From NCBI GenBank assembly GCA_000388065.2, contig KB932203.1: DNA of 64,000 bases, one strand, 5' to 3'. A program made the position numbers and the translations under genes. The notes below the pieces were generated by a model. It worked only from the letters and a program-made list of their open reading frames with translations. It did no database searches and had not been told where the DNA came from. Shown in pieces: positions 48,884-61,860 of the stretch. The stretch is from Fonticula alba ATCC 38817. Its lineage: Eukaryota; Protista; Nucleariida. How positions within the stretch are numbered: position 1 is the first letter of the stretch; each line of letters opens with the position of its first letter.

Positions 48884-51800
48884 GCAGCCGCCGCGGCTGC
48901 CGCCACCACCTCGACCGCGCCCTCAACCGGCAGCCCGCTTCATCCCACCATGCCGGCCATCGGGGCGGTGATGTCCGCCACCACGGCCGGGGGGATGTCC
49001 GCCCCCGCGTCTCCGGTCCAGGCAGTCCCTGGCATGGCCGGAGCCCCCTTCTTCCGGCCGAATGTGGCTCCGTCCGGCCTTGCCGGCTCGAGCCGGTTCA
49101 ATTCCTTCTCATCCATGGACTCCTCGTGGGAAAACCTTCTCCCAGGGGCTGGGGTCAGTGGGAGCGGCACCGCCGGTTGGGTGGCCGGCGCGTCGCCGGA
49201 TGAGCGTGTCCGCGTGCTGGCCCAGACCTTTGCCTCGATGGCCAGCTCGCGCGGCTTCACCAAGCTGGCCCGGTGGTTTGGTGGGTTCCTTGCACGCTAT
49301 CGCGTGCCGGAAGTCGAGCACATCAAGCACCTGGTGGCCGGGCTGGCCGATGCCTTCTTCCCGGCGTTCGAGGTGCCGACCTTGCGGTATCTGCTGGCCC
49401 TGGCCGAGTGTGGCCCGGTCCGGCATTTGCGCATTGTGCTCATCCTCCTGCGCAGTGTCATGTCGCACATTTCCCAGACGGTGGGTTGCCCGATCGCCGA
49501 TTGCACTCCTTTGGCCAGGGCTTTGGCCTTTCCTGCTCCGCCTCTTCTTCCCGCCTCTCTGACCCGATCCACCTGCCTGGCCCTTGGTTCCCCTTCTCGT
49601 CCATGCTCCGACGTTTTTTCCTTTCCCTGTGGGGCGGGCGCATCGCACTTGTCTTTTTTCTCAGGAAATCCTCCCGGATGGGGTTTCCTCCCCGGAGCTC
49701 ATTGGTCCTCTCTTCCGCCACATTCAGGGCGCATGGTTCCATGACGCGGTCAACATCCTGGACCACATTGCCTCGGTGGCGGCGATGGGAACTGCCACAA
49801 CCGGGTACGCACATGGCATCGTCCCTCCCCCTCCCCCCCGCCCTTTGGGTCTTTTTCCTTGCTTAAGCGCTGGGGCATCTTGTCGGGCATCCTTGCCTGT
49901 TTGAGCCACCCAGCTTCATGTGTCATCTCGGCTTTCCCCCACCTGTCCAGCAGCAGCAGCAGCTGCTGCTGCAGCACTGATACTGACCGTGCCGCCTTGT
50001 CACTTTTGGCAGTTTCGCCTTGAGCAATCACCGTCTGGTGGCCAAGGCCGGCGAGCACATGTGGCTGCCGGCGCGGCCCTGGTGGGACTCGCCGGAATCC
50101 GGCCTGGAGACTGCTCGTCAGCGGGTGTTCTTCTCGGTCCGTTGCCCCTTTTTCCACATCTGGCTTCGTACTCCGGTGACGGAGGGGGGGGGGGGGGGGG
50201 GGGCTTCCCTGTCTCGGGTGTCCATCCGCTCCTTTGTTTTCCTCCCAGCTGACCCCTCGTATGTTGCCTGCCATTTAGGTAACTGGCGGCCCGCCAGATC
50301 CCGGCCCACGGTTGCCATGGTCCGCCCCGCCGGCTGTCAATGGCGCCAAGCAAACTGCCCACACGGCTGCCGTGCTGTGCATGCACTTCGATCTGGGCAT
50401 TCAAGCTGCCGTTGGCGTTCTACCGGCTGCGGTTTATGAACCGGCCGCCGTGGCTCTCTTGCCGGAGCCCAATCCGTCGGTCACTCCGACCATCGTGACA
50501 GTCCCTACTGCCGCGGTCCCGGCCACCGTCGCCGCTTCGGATCCCGCCCCGCCGGCTGACCCGGGCTTCTTGGATGGTGTGTTCATCTCCCCCCCCCCCT
50601 CTTCGGACCTCCTTTCTCGCGTTTGGAATGTGGGGCAGCAGCTGCCCCCGGCCGTCGTCTGCCTGCACACCTCATGCCTCGACTGACCTCCAATCCCCCC
50701 CCCCCCCCCCCCCCCCGGCCCTCCCCTTTCCCTCCACCGATCCCCCGCCTTTGGGCCCACCTGACGCAGGCTCCTTCATCGAGGATGAGGACTTCGACTC
50801 CTGGGTCCTCAAGTCGCCGGTGCTGACGGTGTTTTTCCCCCCGCGGCAGTATCCCGGCCCGCCGGAGGGCTCCGGTGCTCCGGGCCCCTCCGGCATTCGG
50901 CCGGTGCCGGCGCCCTCATATCACCGGACAGCCACGCTGCTGGATGTGGCTCGGGTTCTGCGCAATGCCACGCTCATGGTGGTGGCCCTCTTCCGGTCGA
51001 GCACGCCGATCTACCTGCTGGAGGATTTGCTCCCGGAGACCGCGGTCCCCGTGCCGCTGTCACTGCCGCGCCTGTACAACCACCTGAGCGCCACGGTGCC
51101 GGTTGGTCCCGGCGGCGGGGATGACTCCCTCCCGGTGCCCCCCCCGCCGGGCCTGGTGCCGGTGGCCGATGGCGACATGGAGGCACCGGTGGCCTTTTTG
51201 ATCCGGCTCGGTGCTCGACCGGACCCATCGATCATCTCCAGCTGTGAGTCCTTCTTCCGGCATGTGTCGGCCCCGCAGCAAGCCAGCCAGTTGGGGCTTC
51301 TGTCACTGGCGCTGGCCACCTCGGATGCCATGGTCCAAGTTCCCGTGTGTGAAGCCCCGGCCGAGGATCTGACCCTGCCGCTGGACCTAGCCATGTTCGA
51401 GGGGACCGGCCGGGTGGAGCAGCTTGGCTCGCCGGCGCCCACCGGGCAGGAGGCTGCCTGGCTTCGGCCGCTCAGCTACTGGCTGCATCTGGACCAGCTG
51501 GTGCGTGCTCCTTGTGGCGGAACGCTCTTCGACTCTATTTCGCCCCCCCTCCCCCCCCCTCCCCCCCTCCCTCCCTCCCACACTCACGCACGTACACACG
51601 CGCGCTCCTTTTGCCCCACGCGCAAATGGTCCCCCATGTACCCCGCCCTCCCTCCGGCCCGTCCCTGTGCCGCTCCCTCCTTCGGCTGCCGCAGATCCTC
51701 GAGCCGGCAACCTTGCGCGACCCACTCGGCGACGTGGCCGCCACCCCGCCCACCATCGTTCAGTTTACCGACGCCACGCATAGCATCGTCGACGAGCTAC

Positions 51801-52900
51801 TGGCCGACTTCAGCCTGACGTTGCATTCGCTCGGAAGCGTCAATTGGGCCGAGCTCCCGGCGCTGGCGGCCCCGCAGTCGGATTACCGCCGGGCCAGGTC
51901 GAGCGCCAGTGGCGCGTCAACCGAATCGCTCTCCCCGAGCCTCGACGCCTGTCGCGAGGGGGTTGCCATGCTGCTGGAAGCGGCGGCGGCAGCCTCGGCC
52001 GCTGGCCCGGATCCAGCCGAACGGAGTCTCGAGCATTCGCTCGGTGTCTTGCTTCATCATGTGCGTCCAGACGCCGGGCGGCCCGGCTGCCCCCAGAGAA
52101 GGGGCCTTGCAGGGTGTTTTTTTTTCTTTCCCTTTTTCCTCTCCTCGTCGCCAGCCACATGGGCTGCCTTCTCCGGCTGCCCTTCCAGCGCTGACCCTCC
52201 CCCCCCCCTCTGTCTCTCTCTGTCCCTCCTGCCCAGGACCCCGCCTCGTACGGCGCTCTCGTGGCAAGCTGGTCGCGGCTGGCCCGGCAGTTCACGCCTC
52301 TCCTGCAGAGTCTGCTCTACCTGCGTGTTCTGCGCCTCGGTGCGTGCTTTCCCGGCTCTCCTGCCCCTGGTGCCCCGACCGGCAACATAGAAGCTGACTT
52401 TGGTTTTCCTCGCTGGCGCACAGCCTACTCGCCGGAGTTGGATGACTTCGCGCGGCCCTACCTCACCAACATCCTCTCGATCTATACGCTGTTGCTCACC
52501 CATGCCGCGCGGCTGTGCATCTTCCTGCGCGAGCCTTTCCTGTCGGCTCTGGCAGATGCCTACCTCGACGGCTCCGGCAATCCGGCCGCCGCCTCGGCAG
52601 TATGTGCCCGCGTTCGCGCTCTCCCCCCCTGCCCTTCTCCGGCACCCGCACCGGCTCACACTGCCCCATGGCTGACCCATTCATGTCAACTTCCCTTCCT
52701 CCGTCTCGGCTGTTGTCCCCCCCCCCCCCCTGCTTCGGCCTCTACCCCAGGCCTCCAACCATATGTTCCACACGTGCCAGGAGGTCCTCACCACATATCT
52801 GGCCCCGCTGCGGCACTGTCCCCTGACCTCCTTTGCCCTTCGCTTGCGCTCTGGCGCCCGGCCGGCCCCACTGGCCACCCCCTCCTCGCATAGCCACTAG
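35589..52900 (+). CDS. FRY: Furry / Tao3 / Mor2-PAG1 family cell-morphogenesis scaffold; about 22 exons, roughly 4,600 aa by hand sum
   Basis: Segments align by eye with Furry N-terminal motifs: LVFDFFFCRIASEII, LLGALSRVHFQRVTDRLLQELK, FPLATHLLAVANQELLKAKW, FSPERVTIAING-LLLLIGEL. HEAT/ARM-like helical blocks follow, separated by G/S/A/P-rich inserts. Not every exon boundary was checked. Confidence 0.75.
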
Positions 52901-53526
52901 CCCGCCGGTCATGGCCACATGGCCGGCGCGCTTTCACTCTGCCTCCCGCATGTACCTCCCTCCCCCCCGTGGGGAAATACAGGAAGACGGTGGCACTTGC
53001 TCACTCGCCGGGGGGGGGGGGGGGGGGGCGACCCGGCAATGCTTCGCGCAGCCGAGACCGCGAGAAAGAGGGCGGGGCAACCCCCCCCGACGGGGCGGGT
53101 GTAGAGCGACTCAAAACCTCTGCCCGTGACCTCGTGGACACGTGACCCAAATAAACCCACAATCCCCTGCCCGAACAGGTGTCATTTCTGTCAAGCTTTT
53201 GCCCTGGTCCTTCCCCCTCAATCGGGCAATGTACGTGTGCCTGGGGTGTCGTGAGGTGTGTTTGCGCGAGTGCGGTGTGCCGGCTGGTCGGCTTATTTGC
53301 TTGTCTATGTGTGTGTGTGTGTGTGTTTATGTACCCAACGGCGCTCTCGAGTGAGGCCGGCGAACTCGGCCCCTCGCCCCGCTCCAAGGGGTGGCTTTTC
53401 CCTCGGGGCCGACCGACGCGCCCGGGCGGGGAACGGGGCGGCGGGCCTCTCTGGTCGGAGCCCGGGCCGGTGCCATTGTGGGTACGTCTCGTTGGATTTC
53501 TCTCTTTCCCGCCCCCCCCCCCCCCC

Positions 53527-53617
53527 NNNNNNNNNNNNNNNNNNNNNNNNNNNNNNNNNNNNNNNNNNNNNNNNNNNNNNNNNNNNNNNNNNNNNNNNNN
53601 NNNNNNNNNNNNNNNNN
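53527..53617. other. Assembly gap (N run)
   Basis: Run of N. Confidence 0.99.
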
Positions 53618-53936
53618 TCCTCTCTGCCATTGCGCCACCTTCGAACATACGCCGCCAGGCAGCCACACCCCTGCCGACGCACTCACGTAGGCAGCGATCG
53701 GAAAAGCGCGCCCCCCCCCTCGCCCAACAAAGACCCAGCCTGCTCGGCGCTGATTGGCCTTCTGCTCCGGCAAGAAGTCCGGTCCTTTGGCGGTCGCTGC
53801 TGGCGCTGACTCCCCGAAGAGGTACCCTTGCCCCGCGCCCGGGCAGCACGCGCGCCCCCGATCGGCCCTTTGTCCTTGCTCCTTGCCTACTATAACCGGC
53901 CCGACATGAAGCCTGACACAACCTCCCCAGGCCCCA

Positions 53937-54906
53937 ATGGCCAAACCCCCCGGGGGATCTACTCTTTCCGCTCCACCCTCACCTGGCCAGCCTGGCCGGG
54001 AGTCTGACGCCTCTCCTCGCCTGGACTGGGAAGACCTCGGACCGCAGGCCCCCCTGGACCGGAAGCACTTGCCGCCCTCCTTCGACACCGGCCTGGCTAC
54101 CGAATCCACCGAGAGCGTGGTGCATCTGGGCATCGAGCCGGCAGGAAGCATGACTGGCCCGTCCCGGAGCGCCGGGGGCTCGACCCGCCGATCAGGCACC
54201 GGGGCCCAGAAGGCCACGCCCCTGCCGGAGAGTGGCCTCCCGTTGACCGACGCCGGCCCCTTCGGTGATGACGAGCACAGCGGCACCGAGTCGCCGGCCT
54301 CGCGGCCGGACAGCCCGGACCTCGGGACCGATTCGCCCGGCGGCCCGGGGGTCGAGGTGGGCGCCCTGCTGAGCCCGAGCCGCCGGGAATTGTCTCCGGG
54401 CCAATCGCCCACCTCCTCGGGGGACCTTTCCGACCAGGATAGCACTGACCGCGCGCCGGACGCCTCGACCACCGGGCTGGTGCCCAGCCGCGGAGAGGCT
54501 TCCAGCCGCGGGGAGGCGTCCTCCTGGTCTTCCACTTCGCCGCTGGTGTCACCGGTCGGCGCCGGCATCGGGGCCGCCGCCTCCGGCGACCGGCCCTTCT
54601 TCTTCACGGCCGCCGGGCCGAGCTCCCCGGCGCTGATGGCCACCGGCGGCGACACGGACATGATGTCGCTCATCTCGCCGCAGCTGGGGCCCGTGGTGGC
54701 GGGCGGCCCGCGGCGCAGTCGCTTCCAGCCAGCCCCCGGGGCCGCGGTGCACAGCGCCTGGGCCGGGCAAAAGGCCGGCCGGAGCACCACCGCCCCTGGC
54801 CCGGGGGATGGCGCCGACAGCACCGAGCACAGCGACAGCACCGAGGACGACGAGGAGGAAGACGACGACCACACCACCCATAGCAGCGACAGCGATGACA
54901 GCGATG

Positions 54907-54944
<38 letters not shown>

Positions 54945-57900
54945 GACGACGACGACGATGATGATGACAGCGGCGACGAAGGCGAGGCTCGGCCCCGGCG
55001 GTCGCGCCATCGTCGGGCCCCGGGCCAGCGAGCTCCCTTCAAGCTGCAGCAGTTTACCCGCGTCCGGGAGATTGAGATCAGCAACGGACGAACCACGCGC
55101 CGGACGCTGCCCACCCGGGGGGACCCCTCGGATGGGGGGCCCCTCCGCATGAAAACCATCGAGCACACTACCCCGGAGCTGAAGGCCCTGCCGAACATGA
55201 GCCCATCCCTCAGCGCGGCGTCCGGGTCGCCGGCGCTGCGGGCGCTGCTGGTCGGGGGCGGCCCATCGGGCAGTCTGCCCGGCTCGCCGAGGATGACCCC
55301 GACCATGGACCAGATCCCGGACAGCCCATTCTACGGGGGGCCGCGGAAGCTGCACCGCCTGGCGGCCGATGCCCCGAGCCCCATGTCCTCGACTGACTCG
55401 GTCCGGCTGGGGGCCCGGGCGGACGGCCGGTCGAGGCGCGATGGGGCCGGGCAGCCGGCCCGCCCGGACCGCCGCCCCTTGATGGCCCTCTTGGCGTTGG
55501 CAGCCTTGGCTTTCGGATATTGGTGGCGCTCGCGTGTGGGCGAAGCCCTGCTCGCCGGCCGCACGGTGTCCTGGGCGGGGCTGAGTGACAAGTTCCCCGG
55601 GGCGGAGCTGGCCAGCGTGGCGGTCGCCGGGCCGGCGGCCCTGCTGGCCCGGGTGGACCCCGGCGCCCTGCCAAGCTTCTATCCCCTGGCAGACCACTGG
55701 CTGCGGCAGCAGAATGGCCTCGACGAGGCGGTGGCCCGGTTCCAGGGCAATGTCACGCGCTTTGCTGAGGCGAGCGCCGCCGGCATGGGCGACGGGGCCG
55801 CGAAACCGGGGGCCCCGACGCCGAGCGCCCGCCCGGCGATCGGCCAGCTGGCCAGCTGGTCGGTGCTGGTGCGGGACACGGCCCACCGGCTGGCTGCCGA
55901 GCTACGTGCCACGCAGGAGGCCGACCACGGCGAGGGGGCCGGGCTGGACCCGGAGGTGGCCGCCCAGGCGACCATCCTGGACGCGCTTGCCCGCCTCGGC
56001 CTGCCGGACGACGACATGCCCGCGGCCGGCGGCCCGGGCAGCGGGACCGCCGGCACCGGGGTCCCCACCTCCGTGTATAGGGCGGATGTCGGCGGGCGCT
56101 ACCGCGTGGTGTATGCCGCGCGGTGGGCCGATTGCCGGGCATACTCTCGGGCCTGCAATGCCGCCGAGTCACGCGCCCCGAGCACGGTCCTGCTCTTGTC
56201 CAACGCCCTGGCCACCGCGGCGACGGCGGCGGCGGCCGAGGCGTCGACGACCTTCGTCACCACGCCCAGCCTGGAGCGCTTCATCTTGCGCTCGTGCGAC
56301 CCGCTGGGAGTCGCATGGGGCGGCATGGGCTCGGCCAGCCTGTTCGCCGGGCGCCCGCGGCCGGCCACCGAGCGGGGCTGGCTGGCTGGCGGTCTGGAAG
56401 CCGACGAGGCGGAGGCCCTGGCAGCGGAGGCCGGGCAGGCGGCGCGCGCGGCGCGGCACACCCCGGCCGGCGGCCACACCCCCGACACCGAGGATGAGGA
56501 CGACGAATTCGCCATCCCCCCGGTGCAGCGCGGCTTCCTCGGCGATGAGGCCGAGGCGGGGTTCATGCGCCGGACGCTGGCCGCCGACTTCGACGGGCCC
56601 ATCTTCGATGTGGTCATGCCGCTGCGGGTGGAGCTGCGCGACCGGCCGGGCAAGGCGCTGCCCCCGGAGGAAAAGGCCCGGGCCGTGCATTTGCTCCTGC
56701 TGGATCTCGGCCTGGGCGAGCCCCGGCGCCGGGGCGCCCACGAGCTGGCCTCGCGCCTGGACCGCGAGCGCCTGGACCTGCTGGCCGGCCGCGGGCAGGA
56801 CCCGGCCACGGCCACCGGCGACGCGGCCCCCCCCGCCGGCAAGGATGCCCCTGCCCGGCCGCCGCCGCCGGAAGACCCCTATGCAAAGGTGTATGCGGCC
56901 CGGTCGCAGGATGACCGGTATTTCCATCGGAGTCGCTTCGACCAGCGCCTCGGCCGTCGGGTGACCATCCTGCCGACGGGCGGGCTCTTCGCGCCGTCGG
57001 GCCCCCGGCCCTCCAAGGGGCCGACCGTGCACCCGGAAATCCGCCTGATGGCGGGGGTCTTGGCGGCCGTCCGGGACACCGAGGCCCCGGCCCTGACGGC
57101 GGCCAATGCCCCCGGCTACCGGTGGCTGCCGACCGGCAGCGCGTACGAGGGGGCCGGCATGCTGCAGCAGACCCCGTCCGCCACCGGGGTCCGGGCCCTG
57201 CTTCTGCCGCCCTGTGCGGCGCCCGCTGCCCCGGGGGGAGACCGGCTGGCACGGGCCCTGGGCCTGTGCCCGAATGGCCCGGAGCCGGCGGGACCTCAAG
57301 CGCCGGGAGCGGCCCCGGTTGAGGTGCACCCGGGGTCGGGGCAGTTCCTGGGCCGCCCGAGCGCCCTGGTCTCGACCGGAGGTGGGCGCCTTCGCCGGGC
57401 GTGCATCTTCTGGGGACTGTGTGCGGACTCGCGCGCGGCCGCCGTGTCTCGTCTGTGGGAAGAGGCCCTGGCACCGGGCGCGCTGGCCGGCCTGCCGGAG
57501 GATGCCCGGCCGGCCGGGAGCCTCGCCGGGACCGATCTCCGTCGAGTGCTCCTGTCGCTGGTCGTCACCAGTGCCGATGCCCTGTTCGAGGAGCATTGCG
57601 CCCGGGCCGCCGAGTCCCAGTGCAACATTTTGGAGGTACGCGGAGGCTTTTTTTTTTGCTCGGCCCCCGGCATCTGCTTCGCACGTTGCTAACCGAGCTC
57701 CTTGATGGATCCCCCCCCCGGCGATGGGCTGGCCGGCCGCCGGCGTGCGTGCATATGAACGGGTGCGGGGCCGGGGCACATCTGCTCCAGTTCGAGTCGC
57801 CGATCGCCGTGGCTAGCGCCATTGTGGAAAAGCTGGCCGAGCGCATCCTCCAGCAGATGGCCCGGCCAGAGCCGGCCCCGAGCACCGAGCGCTCCAACCT

Positions 57901-58430
57901 GTCAGACGACGTGATTCTCGGTACATGCTGCCCGCCCCCTTCTTCTCGGCATATCGCCGGTTGGTGTTGCTTTCTGTCGTGCCACCGCGGCCTGCTCGCT
58001 TCCAGAGCCAGGGCCGCCGCCGATGCCTCGCCCCCCGCTTCCTTGCAGCGTGTCCCCGTCTGCTCATACGCCGGATAGTGCGGCCCCATGCTAACCCGTG
58101 CCTGCTCGTGGTGCTGCCCCCCATGCACACGCCCCCGACCCCGCCACCGGGCCAGACATCCTCACCAATCCGATCCACCAGCCGATGGGCCTTTTGTCCC
58201 TCGGCCCGGGCGCCGACCGCCTGGCCATGACCCAGGCTGGAGGCCAGCCGCTGGCCGACGAGGTGGCCCTCGGCGTGATGAACTTCCACCGGCAGATTGT
58301 GGAGTTCGCCGAGCGCAAGCGCTGGGTCTACTTTGTCCGGTCCACGCGCAATCCCTTCCTCTGGGACCGGATTGTGGATGGCGACCCGGCCAAGGCCAAC
58401 ATTCGCGAGGACAATGGCGATGACCTGTGA
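53937..58430 (+). CDS. Hypothetical type II membrane protein, about 1,367 aa. Exons 53937-57635, 57791-57920, 58156-58430
   Basis: 1,251-codon ORF with GC3-rich codon usage and consistent splice phases. About 510 aa disordered S/P/D-rich N-terminus, one hydrophobic segment (LMALLALAALAFGYWW, about 55479-55526), then about 840 aa with no family I recognise. Confidence 0.75.
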
Positions 58431-58841
58431 CAGGGCCCCTCCCTGGGGGGGGGGCGGGGGCGGGGGGGGGACTCATGCCGGCCCACACCCGGTCTGCATA
58501 TGCTGGAATGACCGGACGTGCAGCATGCATTGATTGTCCCCCCGCCGCCGCGCCTACACACGACACCCTTTGCCGAATACATCACAGCCGCATGCCGCCC
58601 ACTCGGGCCGCCACAACAGGCGAGAGCCACCACGGTGAGAGGGCGAAACCGGAGGGGAAGCCGGTGCCGGGGCTGCCCAGGCGGTCCGAGTGCCCGGTCG
58701 CCCATCGTGCAGGGGGGGGGGGGGGGGAAGGGGAAGGGGAGGAAGGAGGGGGCTTCTATTCGGCGGCACGTGCCGGCACGCGCCATGACGGCAAAACTGG
58801 GCGAAGCGCCAAAATGAACATGGCCAGCGCAGGGTGTGGGG

Positions 58842-61800
58842 CTACCCGGTCACGAGAGACCCGGGCCCCGGGTGGAAGAGAGCATTCTCGGCCGGGGGGG
58901 CGCCAGAGGCGACTGAAGCCCCAGGGCTGGGGTTTGGGCTCAGGAGAGTACCCCCGGGCACCGGACCCGGGGGAGCCATCTTCCAAGGCCCAGACCCGGG
59001 ATCCGCTCCAGGGGCGGATGCCAGAGAGGGCACATGTGTCGATCCGAGGGACGCACCCCCGGTCGGGCCGCTCGAAGATGCGTGGGTCGAGCCAGCCAGT
59101 CGCGGCGAGGTGGACGCCGCGGTCCCCCCGATGCCCAGGCTGACATTGCTCCCGGCACCAAAGTGGTGCTGATAGTGGGCATACGGGAAGCCGCCCAGGG
59201 CCCCGGGCGACCGAGCCGCAGGGATGGCCGGGACAGGCGCGTCGCCCGGCGTGCTTTCCATCGGCGGGGGGTACTGTTGCGGCGGAGCGAAGGGGACCGG
59301 CGGCCCGCCGGCCATGCTCTGCGACAAGGGGAGGGGCGGCGGCGGCGGCAGGACCGCCCCCCCGGTCAAGAAGGGGCTCGAGGAGGCCAGGATATAGGGC
59401 GACGAGGCGGCGGTGGCGGCTGTCGAGCCGCTGAGGCCGCGTGCGGCGGAATAGGGCGACCCGGGCGCCCCGACAGCGAGGGCCAAGCCCGCCGGCGTGG
59501 CCAGATCCGGCACTGCCGGGGTCCGCCCCGCGGACAAACCCTCGGTGGCGGATGGGGCGGACGACGGGCCAACGGCAAAGCTGACTGACCCTGGGAAGGC
59601 GACAAAGAAGGGTCCAGGCGGGCAAGCGAGGGGGGAGAGAGAGGGAGAGGCATGTGCACGCGGTAAGGAAGGGGCTCCGGGGCAGGGGGCGTTGCAGGGG
59701 ACGCTACAGGGGGGGGGGGAGGAGAGGCGAGGGCCCGGGCGTACCGGCATGGGACTGCTCAGATAGGTGCACGCCATTGCCGTGGCTTTCGTTGAGCATG
59801 CCACGAAGAACGGCCGCCAGGGCGACCGGCGACACGGCCCGGCCAAAGGCCATCATGGCCGTGGGGAAATCCCCGGTCAGCAGTGCAGCCAGCAGGACAC
59901 GCGGTGCGGCGGCCAGCAACCGCGCGAGGCTCAGCACATGCGAGGACATCGGCGCCACGGGGATATACTCGCTGGCCATGGCTGCCAAGAGGCTTGGATA
60001 GGCCCGGAGAAGCTCGGCCAGCGGCGTGGCAATGGCACTGCCGACCGCGGCAAAGGGACTGGCCCCCAGGGAGGTGCCGGCCCCGGGCGTGGACCCCCGA
60101 AGCAGGCCCCTTGTCCAGGCTACCAGGGCATCTATGCGCCGGGCAATCCGACGCATAAAGTGACGACTGGCGGTGCGCCGCCGCCGCGATGGGGTCCCCT
60201 CGACTCCGGGGAAGGAATTCAGGCGCATGACCAGCCCATCAAGGCGCCGCGGCCCGAGGAGAATGGCCCCGAGGTACCGGCCGCGGGCCAGCAGGGCCAA
60301 GCTCAGCTCCGACCCGGCGGCCAGAGCGTCAAACCGGCTGACGGTGAGGGTGCGCTTCTGGCGCACGCGCTGGGCTTCATTCACCATTAGGCGCCCGGCT
60401 CCAATGGCATCTGCCAGGAGGATGATCAGTGCCGCGCCGAGGAGGGCCCCACTCAAGAGAAGGGCCCCCCCGGTGCCGTGGGTCCAGCCCTCGGCCTCGG
60501 CGGCAAAGAAGCATACGGGCGCCAGGAGCACCAGCGCCAGGGCGCGGGCTCGGTCGGCGTAGTAGTCAAAGGAGCTGTGCGCCAGGCGAGTCGACTAGAG
60601 GGGGGTGGCAAATGGCCAGAGTGGCTGGTTAAGGGAGGCAGGGTGGAGAAGGAGCGAGGGGGGCGGGTGGAGCTCAAGGGAGAAAGAGCGCAAGGAAAAT
60701 GAGGAAGGCTCACGCACCGGCAGAGTAGTCAGGCGCAGACGACAGGCAGCCGAAGCGACAGCCACAAAAGCCAATTGTGACAGGAGAAAGTAGCCAGGAA
60801 CTGCGTCGGCTAAGGTCCGCAACAGGACCAGAACGGCCAAGGCAAGGAACCCGCCACACACCAAGCTGGCCAAGGCGCGGAAGTGGGGCTATTTCGAGGG
60901 GAGGAGACAAGTGTTGAAATGGGACAGGATTGTTCGGGTAAGTGTGAGTGTGAGCATGTGTGTGTGTGAGCATGTGTGTGTGTGTGTGTGTGAGCATGTG
61001 TGTGTGTGTGAGCATGTGTGTGTGTGTGTGAGCATGTGTGTGTGTGTGAGCATGTGTGTGTGTGTGTGAGCATGTGTGTGGGTGTGAGCATGTGTGTGTG
61101 TGTGTGAGCATGTGTGTGGGTGTGTGTGAGCAAGTGTGCAAGCATGTGTGTGTGAGCATGTGTGCAAGCATGTGTGCAAGCATGTGTGCAAGCATGTGTG
61201 CAAACATGTGTGCGAGCATGTGTGCGTGCATGTGTGCGTGCGCCGAGGAAAGGGTATGCAACGGACCGTATGGCTAAAGCTGGCATGCGTCATGGACAGG
61301 GAAAACCGATACACGGCGAAGGGAGCCCCAATGAACAGGAGCAGCGTCCCGGAGATATACATCGACGCCGAGACGAGAGCCATGGCCACAAGGGGGAAAC
61401 TGTCCGCCAGAGGAGCGAGGAGGGAGGCCATGACAAGCAGGTTAGGAGCCGGGCCACCGAGCGAGGGGGGATCCTCGAGAGGGGGGGGGGGCAGGTCCAA
61501 CGCACAAGAGCACATCCAGGGCCGAAGGATGGACATATTGGAAGAAGGTGTCCATCGGGAAACGCCGGATCGCCAGCGACACACTCTTCTGCGAGGATCT
61601 GAGAGGGAATTCGTCAGAGCGGTGTGAAAGCAGAGAAGCGACCAGGAAGCCCGGAGCCGAAGGGCAGAGCAAGAGAGTGGGAGGGAGAGACGAAAGGACA
61701 GCAAGGAAGGGCGCGCTCCAGAGGACGTACAGCCGGAAGGACATCTCCAGCAACAGGCAGAGGACCAGTGTCAGGCTGGAAAAGCGGTGCGGACTAAAGA

Positions 61801-61860
61801 GGACCGCAAGCACCATGGTGAACAACGGAACGGGTAGACCCCCGGACAGCCTGCTTGGGG
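58842..61860 (-). CDS. Multi-pass membrane protein, possibly a divergent choline transporter-like (CTL/SLC44) family member; 5' exon(s) unresolved, probably up to about 62,050-62,250
   Basis: Phase-consistent exons give 8 or more hydrophobic segments. KSVSLAIRRF..PSALDVLFFPLVAMALV and ARGRYLGAILLG weakly resemble CTL motifs (RI.LAI..PSLLFFPLV; RYHLGS.AFG). The C-terminal tail is Pro/Ala/Gly-rich. Confidence 0.45.
60942..61241. repeat. Compound (GT)n/GAGCAT satellite (units such as gagcatgtgtgtgtgtgt and gcaagcatgtgt) filling an intron of the CTL-like gene
   Basis: About 300 nt of variable-length units seen directly. Confidence 0.9.

Noticed and set aside
53906-54004. Upstream ATG at 53906, out of frame with the orphan gene start at 53937
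   Set aside because: It could be a uORF or a one-base error in the C6G5 run that hides the true start. The sequence alone cannot distinguish these.
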